Of a stretch of 64,000 bases of DNA, positions 55,649 to 64,000 are shown in pieces. The first letter of the stretch is position 1, and the number at the start of each line of letters is the position of its first letter. Below the pieces are notes generated by a model. The model had not been told where the DNA came from, made no database searches, and saw nothing but the letters and a program-made list of their open reading frames with translations. Made by a program: the position numbers and the translations under genes. Source of the stretch: the human T2T-CHM13v2.0 reference genome, Homo sapiens; the NCBI GenBank assembly GCA_009914755.4, contig CP068257.2, positions 33,504,001 through 33,568,000 on the forward strand, read 5' to 3'.

Positions 55649-56093
55649 TGCTGTAATCAATTCCCACCAACTTAGTGGCTCGAAACATCACAGATTTATG
55701 ATCTTATGACGGTGGAGGTCCCCAAATGGATCTTCTAGGTCTAGAATCAAGGTATCAGCAGACCACTTCTTTTGGAGGCTCTGGTGGAGAAACCATTTCC
55801 TCGCCTTTTCCAGCTTCTAGAGGCTGCCCTTCTCATTCCTTGGTTCATGGCCACACTCATTTCCATCTCTGCTTCCACTGTGACAACTTCTCTGCCTCAG
55901 ACCCTCCTGCTTTGCCTTTGTAAGGACCCTTGTGATGAGATCAGGCCCATCCAGGATTATCCCTCATCTCAAGACCTTTACCTTAATCACATTTGCAAGG
56001 TCTCTTCCACTGTGTCAGGTAACATTTTCACAGGTTCCAGGGATTAGGGTGTGGACATCTTGGGGAGCTGGAGGATATTATTTCATCTACCAC
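55649..56093 (+). mobile_element. MLT1-type MaLR LTR (variant) immediately abutting the THE1 copy
   Basis: 'ctgctgtaatcaattcccaccaacttagtggctcgaaacatcacagatttatgatcttatgacggtggaggtcc…cttttccagcttctagaggctgcccttctcattccttggttcatggccacactcatttccatctctgcttccactgtgacaacttctctgcctcagaccctcctgctttgcctttgtaaggacccttgtgatgagatcaggcccatccaggattatccctcatctcaag…cacaggttccagggattagggtgtggacatcttgggg…tctaccaca'. Confidence 0.6.
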
Positions 56094-59000
56094 ACACATC
56101 TCTACCTTGTACAGGCAAGCACTTGCAAAGTGCAATGTGATCCTCTGGAGCCACTGTCCTCCCAGAGCTTATATATACTCTGAAAGTCAACTCTCAGACC
56201 ACAGCCTCCTGTCCATGCACCACTCTCATCAACACCCCCACCCGAAACACTTTCACTCCACCCTCTTTGTCCCCTAACTCATGGAGAAGAAAATCTAATT
56301 AGTAGGAGTGGAATTTGGCTTTCATCTTTACCAGTACTAGAAATATGGTGTGTGTCTTTTTGTAAAAATTCTCTCAACTAAATTGTTTTTATTAATTTCT
56401 GCAAAATGTGAACATCAACTCCCTTCATGTGAATGTCAATAAGATTAAATGAGCTGTCTCAGCTCCTAGCCTGTGCAAGCTAACAGCTCAGGAGATGTTT
56501 ATTTCTTTCCCTCTTCTTTCCTTAATGAAGCCCTCTCCTTTGACATCTTCAATTCTGGAGCGCTTCTTTTCTGAGGCCTCGGCTCCCCCACATTGCCCAC
56601 CCTTTTCCTGCTCGTCCACATTTCTGGCTTCTATTCTCTTGTCTTTACCATCTCCCTGAACAATGTTATCCGTTCCAATGACTTCAACAGTCTCTCCGCT
56701 TACATATGATGCCTCTCAAACTCTGATCTCCAACTCTTCCAAAGAGCTCTGGACCTTTGTTCCAATTACCTGAAAAACATCTTCTTGGATGTCCCATTAG
56801 CACTGTTAAATCAAACAAGAATTTCCCTCCCTCCTGCCTTGCTGTAGTTCCCCTAGGGATTCGGTTGTGTGGGAAGATGTGTGGAGAGCTCTTAGTTGAC
56901 TCCCTTCTCTGCAGTTCTACCTCTCTAGAGACTTGGAGGACCCACTGTTTCCGCCTCGCTTTTTCAGGCCTAGAGATTGCTCGCTCCTGGGCTGGCTGCT
57001 TCATAATTCCTTATTAGTAGTTTCCCAAGCTTACATATCTGTAAATATTTACTTTAGTTAAATTCTCCCCAATTTCCACAATATGTTGGCTGCACATGCT
57101 TTCTACTAGGAGTCACACAACTATGATAAGAACCAAGAAATATTAGTAAACGTTTTTTACCATTATTGGCCTATACCCTGGAATAGCCAACAATAACCTA
57201 GAACCTATGCAACAAGAATATCCAACAAGAACCTAGAGACCTGTCAGTCTATAGGTGGGAACTACAGGATGAGATTATTTTGTGTGTGAGCCACCATTGT
57301 GGAAAATGTGCCTCTACAGGAGCCTGAGATTACCTTGCTTTGTGTTGTGTTCCTTACTTTTTTCAAAGAGTTCCTCTATATCTGCTGATGAAACTCTTGA
57401 GGCTTGTTTTGAAGCAAGTCATAGGTTATTAATGCCCTACCCCATTTCTCATGCTTTTGCCCAGGAACATTTCAATGGCAAATACATACCTTGGGCCCAA
57501 GTTTGCAGCTTCTCAGTCATCTTTCTTCTCCACTGAGCTAGGAGCACTCACTCTACAACAGATAGTTTTTTATTTTTATTTTTATGTATTTATTTTTTAA
57601 CCCTTACAACTTTTCTTTGGCAGATTCCTGAAGTAGAAAATCCAACAAAAACCCTCTGATTACAATGGAATGTACCAGCTCATGTTGGAAAAGGTCACTC
57701 CATTGCATGACATCCTGTGACACATACAGAAAATCAGCTTAGTCAGAAGCATGTGTCATATGAGTAACATTTGGACCTGAATTGAGCATTGTGCAGTATA
57801 GCTTCAGCAGGTGCTCCTATCACTCTACAGTACCCCGTGTCAAATGGGCAATGCCAGATGATGCCAAGAAGCCCCAGTGAGTGAGTGCAGAAAAATCTCC
57901 AGTGTCTGCCTGTTACAAGTGGTCTCTGCACCCAGTACACTGCAGTGCCCAAGAATGAGACCATGTCCAAAGCCAAATGGGGGAACACCAATTGAAAAAC
58001 GGAAGCTGTGAAGGCCAAACAGGGGAAGCACAGAGTGCTGGCCTTAACTTCCCTGAAATTTGTTCAAGCAGCTTTGGACATCACAAAAAGACAAATCAAC
58101 CATTGGCCCATGGTGGAGGAAACACTCAGAGAAGGGACAAACGGAGTCAAGTGTGACAAGGGGCAAGTGTGAGGCTCCTATTTGAGATTCTATACTCGAG
58201 GTAGTAATAGATGATTTGTCTCCAAATTCCAACAGCAGAATATATGTAAACCCTGAATTAATCTACATTTGGAAAACAGCATTTCGTGAATAATTAAAAA
58301 TAAAAGGAATAAATGTTACCTTCAAGTGGGTGGGAATTGACTGAGAAGGAGCATGAGAGAACTACCTGGAGTTATGGGCTTGTTCTATATCCTGCCAAAG
58401 ATTGAATTGTACATATGCATGCATTTGTCAAAAGTTTAGAATGATACCTGTAAAAACTTTTGCATTTCACTTCAGGCAGTTTTTTTTCCTAAAAATATAC
58501 ACAAAGAAACATTGAACTATTGCTAATGATATGCACATAGAAGTGTTTACAGATGACGTGTACTCATGCCTGCAACTTGCTTCAAAATACAACACAAATA
58601 ACATGGGCTGATGGATGGATAGACAGATGGATAGAGAACAGTTAGATAATAATAAAGCACATCTAACAAACTAATTATTGCAGATTCTAGGTGGTGGGTG
58701 TGGGTATTTTCTGTACAATTCTTTTTATTTTTATGTTTGAAATTTTTCATTTAAAAATGTTGGAAAAAAAACTAAAAGAAACTGATAAGAGAAACCCTAG
58801 GGCTTCTCATAGAGTTGAAAATATTTCAACATAAATGCCATTAATCTGAAAAATTATCAAAATACTTCTTTTAGAAATGCAGTCCATGACACAAGTAATC
58901 CAATTACCCTCAAACTAAACCTGGTCATAAAAACTGGTCCCTAGGGAGATCAACAGGTATTTACATAGGAAAAAACATGAAGGTTGCAAGATTATAAGAA

Positions 59001-59309
59001 GTGCATGATGCTGAAGAGGACATTTCTAAAAAAACATTTTAGGGCTGAAGACTGATTCAGTCCTTACCCCTAGCATATCCACCTGCTGTTCCCCCACCTC
59101 TAAACCACTAACTTCACTGAAGTCAAGAGATGTGACTCATTTATGGGCTATGGGCAACTGCTGGGAATCCTGCCATATGGTTGAAGAAAATCACAGACTC
59201 ATACTTGCAGCTGCTTAATAACATGGTTAAAATCGGAGCCCTTTAGCTCTTATCTTTTGTGTAAAATGTACAGTTTGAAAGATCCACATCTTTTTCTATA
59301 ATTTAATAT

Positions 59310-59650
59310 TGTATTATTTTTCTTCCAGCTTTATTGATGTATACTTGGCCAAAAAAGTAGGTATTTAAGGTATACAGTGTGATGTTTTAATCTACATAAC
59401 ATTGTGAAATGATTATCATAATCAAGCTAATTAACATATCATCACCTTTAATTACCTTTGCGTGTGTGTATAGTGAGAACACTTAAGATCTACTCTCTCA
59501 GCAAATTTTGAGTATTCAATAAATTATTATTAACAATGGTCACCAAGCTGTACATTAGATCATCCACAACTTATTCATCCTATAACTGAAAGTCCACATA
59601 CTTTGACCAACATTACCCCAAGGTTCATATCTTGACTGTCTTTTTGGAGT
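59310..59650 (-). mobile_element. Old L1 (L1M-type) extreme 3' end, antisense, 5'-truncated
   Basis: 'tttttcttccagctttattgatgtatacttggcc…ggtatacagtgtgatgttttaatctacataacattgtgaaatgattatcataatcaagctaattaacatatcatcacc…gtgagaacacttaagatctactctctcagcaaattttgagtattcaat…gtcaccaagctgtacattagatcatccacaacttattcatcctataactgaaagtccacatactttgaccaacatt' is the reverse complement of the L1M 3' terminus. Confidence 0.8.
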
Positions 59651-59967
59651 GAGTGTCAACAAGATGACTCTATTTTTATGTCAATGTCTGACTTACATAA
59701 TAGAAGGCTATGCAGTGAGTACCTTGTGCAAAGGAGATGATTAGGAAACACTGGTTCGTGAAAGAATGAATGCATGGATGGGGGCAAGATTTATCAGAGA
59801 TGCTTTGGAAGAGAGGGAAGGGATGTGATTCATTCAAACAGAAAGAAGATTTGACATGGATCAAAATAATGTAAAGAAAAACACTAAAGAAAATTATTAA
59901 CCCGGAAGGAGCTGGAGAAAGATGCAATGTATTGTGAAGGCTTTGGAATAATACAGTTTTTCTGTAG

Positions 59968-60096
59968 CCTGGGTGTATGACCTTTGGACAAACGCTAAAC
60001 CTCTCTGAGCCTCAGTTTCCTCATCTGTTCAAAATAACAATAATTATAGCGCTTATTTTTAGAGTCATTGTGAGAAATATTAAATAAGATGTAAAG
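59968..60096 (+). mobile_element. MIR SINE core fragment
   Basis: 'cctgggtgtatgacctttggacaaacgctaaacctctctgagcctcagtttcctcatctgttcaaaataacaataattatagcgcttatttttagagtcattgtgagaaatattaaataagatgtaaag' matches the MIR core consensus. Confidence 0.8.
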
Positions 60097-61546
60097 TTCC
60101 CGGTGGAGGCTACAGGAGACCCAAAACAAAAAAGGGAAGGTGAATAAAAAAAGGTTTCATCTGCTGGCCTAGCCTGTTGGGCTGGCTTACAGTTGAAAAG
60201 GAGAAAAATACCACAATTCCTGTTGAGATGGAAAGTCGCCATTGTTGGGTCCTGAGAAGACAATGGAAGAGGTCGATGAAGTGGGAGAATCACAGAACTG
60301 GCCACAGTGCTTAGGTATTTCTTGAGAATAATCCCACTAGGAGATATATTTAAGGAGGATAAATACATTCCTGGCGGAGGTGGAGTTGGAAAAAAATGTG
60401 AGTGGACAGTAATCACCATGGGACAGATGGAACACTAAGGACCCCAAGGGCTTCAGGATTAAATGCTGTTTCTAATTAAGCCACCATTTGCACGACACCA
60501 GCACTGATCATTAAAAAAAATTTTAAATTTTCATCATTATTAACTGCATCTCATATCTGTAATTCTGATGAAAGGATAAAATAGAAGAGATGATGGTTAT
60601 GGATATATTTCATTGCTAGGTCAAAGAAGAGCATTTCAAGAAAAACAAGAGCGGAACTAACTCATACATTTGATGACGTATAGGGAGACCAGGCAATCAG
60701 GCTCGAATTCTAGTGAAAATTGCACAGAACCCTCAAGAATAGTGTTTCCCACTGCTTTCTACTCCAGTTGAGTCTGAAGAGTTGTTCCTCAAACAGGACA
60801 AATTTAGATTATTTTAGTAACTTATTCCATGAACAAAGATGAAATCTTTTAATGGCAGTAGAAGGCAGTGCTGCAAACAGAAATAACTCCTTAAAGAAAT
60901 GGAAAACAAGTATTTTATTGCACTCACAGTATATACAAAACAACATGTAATGTACAACAAAATTCCTCCTTAACATCTTCTTAGGACTAAATGGAGAAAA
61001 ATACTGCCAGTGGAAAATCTTACTAAGAAAAAAATCAATCAAATTCTTAAGAAAGCCCGCATTCATTATCTGAGCCTAGATTTCTCAAGTATCAAAGATG
61101 ACAGTTTTTGTTAATTAGAAATAATTTAAAAGCAGTTTTCCACTAAGATTTTTGCATATTAACTAAAGTTACATGGTAGAAATATTATAGAATATACTGA
61201 TGTTTTCTTTGATAAAGCAAAAAGAAGGAAAAGTTGGTTTATCTTTCCCAACATATAAAAGCCCTTTGACGTTGTGCTTGAGGCTGAAAGAGGCTCAAAT
61301 AGTTTACTGCAATATTTCTGTAAGTCACAGGCTACATTTTTTTTTCAATAGTACGGGGACATTTTTGTCATTGGCCAAAGACTGTTTTGAGAGATGGAGA
61401 AACTTTATTTGTCTACCAAACCTTGTAAAAAAAAGTCTGCTTTCTTCACCCCACCTCTGTGTTCCATCTGGGGGACCTACCTCCAATATTTGCTGGAAAT
61501 TTCATCTTGCTTGTCAGCCTTTCAGATCTGTGGAAAATTTCGTTCC

Positions 61547-64000
61547 TTTTTTTTTTCAGATTATTATTATTATTATTATACTTTAAGTTCTGGGATACAT
61601 GTGCAGAACATGCAGGTTTGTTACATTGGTATACATGTGCCATGGTTGTTTGCTGCACTCATCAACCTGTCATCTACTTTAGGTATTTCTCCTAATGCTA
61701 TCCCTCCCCTAGCCCCCCAGTCCTCGACAGGCCCCAGTGTATGACGCTCCCCTCCCTGTGTCCACGTGTTCTCATTGTTCAATTCCCACTTGTGAGTGAG
61801 AACATGCGGTGTTTTGTTTTCTGTTCTTGTGTTAGTTTGCTGAGAATGATGGTTTCCAGCTTTATCCATGTCCCTGCAAAGGACGTGAACTCATCTTTTT
61901 TTTATGGCTGCATAGTATTCTATGGTGTATATGCGCCACATTTTTTTTCCCAGTCTATCATTGATGGGCATTTGCGTTGGTTGCAAGTCTTTGCTATTGT
62001 GAACAGTGCTGCCATAAACATACATGTGCATGTGTCTTTATAGCAGAATGATTTATAATCCTTTGGGTATATACCCAGTAATGGGACTGCTGGGTCAAAT
62101 GGTATTTCTGGTTTAGATCCTTGAGGAATAGCCACACTGTCTTCCACAAGGGTTGAACTAATTTACACTCCCACCAACAAGTGTTAAAGTGTTCCTATTT
62201 CTCTACATCCTCTCCAGCATCTGTTGTTTCCTGACTTTTTAATGATTGCCATTCTAATTGGTGTGAGATGGTATCTCATTGTGGTTTTGATTTGCATTTC
62301 TCTAATGCCCAGTGATGATGAGCTTTTTTTTATATGTTTTCTGGCCACATAAATTTCTTCTTTTGAGAACTGTCTGTTCATACCCTTCTCCTGCTTTCTG
62401 ATGGGGTTGTTTTTTTCTTGTAAATTTGTTTAAGTTCCCTGTAGTTTCTGGATATTAGCCCTTTGTCAGATGAGTGGATTGCAAAAATTTTCTCCCATTC
62501 TGTAGGTTGCCTGTTCACTCTGATGATAGTTTCTTTTGCTGGGCAGAAGCTCTTTCGTTTAATTAGATCCCATTTGTCAATTTTGGCTTTTGTTGCCATT
62601 GTTAATGGAGTTTTAGTCATGAAGCTTTTGCCCATGCCTATGTCCTGAATGACATTGCCTAGGTTTTCTTCTAGGGTTTTTATGGTTTTAGGTCTTACAT
62701 TTAAGCCTTTAATCCATCTTGAGTTAATTTTTGTATAAGGTGTAAGGAAGGAGACCAGTTTCAATTTTTTGCATATGGCTAGCCAGTTTTCCCAGCATCA
62801 TTTATTAAATAGGGAATCCTTTTCCCATTGCTTGTTTTTGTCAGGTTAGTCAAAGATCAGATGTTTGTAGATGTGTGGGGTTATTTCTGAGGTCTCTGCT
62901 CTGTTCCATTGGTCTCTATATCTGTTTTGGTACCAGTACCATGCTCTTTTGGTTACTGTAGCCTTGTAGTGTAGTTTGAAGTCAGGTAGCATGATGCCTC
63001 CAGCTTTGTTCTTTTTGCTTAGGATCGTCTTGGCTATATGGGCTCTTTTTTGGTTCCATATGAAATTTAAAGTAGTTTTTTTCTAAATCTGTGAAGAAAT
63101 TCAATGGTAGCTTGATGAGGATAGCATTAAATCTATAAATTACTTTGGGCAGTATGGCCATTTTCACGATATTCATTCTTCCTATCCATGAGCATGGAAT
63201 GTTTTTTCATTTGTTTGTGTCCTCTCTTATGTCCTTGAGCAGTGGTTTGTGGTTCCCCTTGAAGAGGTCCGTCACACCCCTTCTAAGTTGTATTCCTATG
63301 TATTTTATTCGTTTTGTAGCAATTGTGAATGTGAGTTCACTCATGATTTGGCTCTCTGTTTGTCTATTATTGGTGTATAGGAATGCTTGTGATTTTTGCA
63401 CATTGAGATATTGCTGAAGTTGCTTATCAGCTTAAAGAGATTTGGGGCTGAGACTATGGGGTTTTCTAAATATACAATCACGTCATCTGCAGAGACAATT
63501 TGCCTTCCTCTCTTCCTATTTGAATACCCTCTATTTCCTTCTCTTACCTGATTGCCCTGGCCAGAAATTCCAATACTATGTTGAATAGGAGTGGTGAGAG
63601 AGGGCATCCTTATCTTGTGCCAGTTTCTAGGGGAATGCTTCCAGCTTTTGCCCATTCGGTATGATATTGGCTGTGGGTCTGTCATACATAGCTCTTGTTA
63701 TTTTGAGATACTTTCCATCAGTACCTAGTTTGTTGAGAGTTTCTGGCATGAAGGGGTGTTGAATTTTATCAAAGGCCTTTTCTGCATCTACTGAGATAAT
63801 CATGTGTTTTTTGTCATTGGTTCTGTTTATATGATGGATTACGTTTATTGATTTGTGTATGTTGAACCCGCATTGCATCCCAGGGATGAAGCCAACTTGA
63901 TCATGGTGGATAAGCTTTTTGACGTGCTGCTGGATTCGGTTTGCCAGTATTTTATTGAGGATTTTTGCATCGATGTTCATCAGGGATATTGGCCTGAAAT
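61547..64000 (-). mobile_element. Young primate L1 (L1PA-family), 3' portion of at least 2.4 kb: 3'UTR and ORF2 C-terminal and RT region. It runs off the window end.
   Basis: Poly-T and (tta)n are followed by 'tactttaagttctgggatacatgtgcagaacatgcaggtttgttacattggtatacatgtgccatggttgtttgctgcactcatcaacc…'. Minus-strand ORFs give ORF2p segments (…[34 protein letters not shown]…, [59 protein letters not shown]…, [36 protein letters not shown]…[35 protein letters not shown]). Confidence 0.95.
63627..63980 (-). pseudogene. L1 ORF2 reverse-transcriptase-region fragment (non-functional remnant within the L1PA copy)
   Basis: The 117-aa ORF carries L1 RT motifs ([16 protein letters not shown]…[12 protein letters not shown]…[18 protein letters not shown]). 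Stops and frameshifts in neighbouring segments interrupt the full ORF2. Confidence 0.8.

Overview
This 64-kb window reads as primate, most likely human or another hominoid, genomic DNA from a gene-poor, AT-rich, LINE-rich region. It is not a prokaryotic or compact coding locus. Interspersed repeats explain more than half of it. These include a near full-length old L1 (1-5632) with a THE1-type solo LTR nested inside it, and a 3' portion of a young L1PA of at least 2.4 kb (61547-64000, minus strand) that runs off the window end. A twin-primed (internally inverted) L1PA insertion lies at 52862-53888. Several old L1 (L1M) fragments are present, and 10 Alu elements (AluJ, AluS, AluY) mostly still have intact target-site duplications. 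There are several MaLR LTRs (THE1/MST and MLT1-like), MIR SINEs, MER5A-type and other hAT miniature transposons, an ERVL-like integrase relic with a recognisable DDE catalytic core (36640-37235, minus strand), and microsatellites ((GT)24, (GT)20, (TTTA)n, a GA-rich tract, (T)31). I found no convincing protein-coding exon, CpG island, tRNA or rRNA. Every long ORF in the six-frame track is either an L1 ORF1/ORF2 remnant or a chance ORF across repeats or a GC-rich patch. The observations worth a second look are structural: the twin-primed L1PA junction, a 25-bp inverted duplication (hairpin) inside a THE1-type LTR, the ERVL integrase relic, young TSD-flanked Alu and L1PA copies that may be polymorphic, an inverted pair of L1M 3' ends, and one small CpG-dense patch of unknown origin. 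Repeat family and subfamily names are recalled from memory of consensus sequences. They should be confirmed with RepeatMasker or Dfam.
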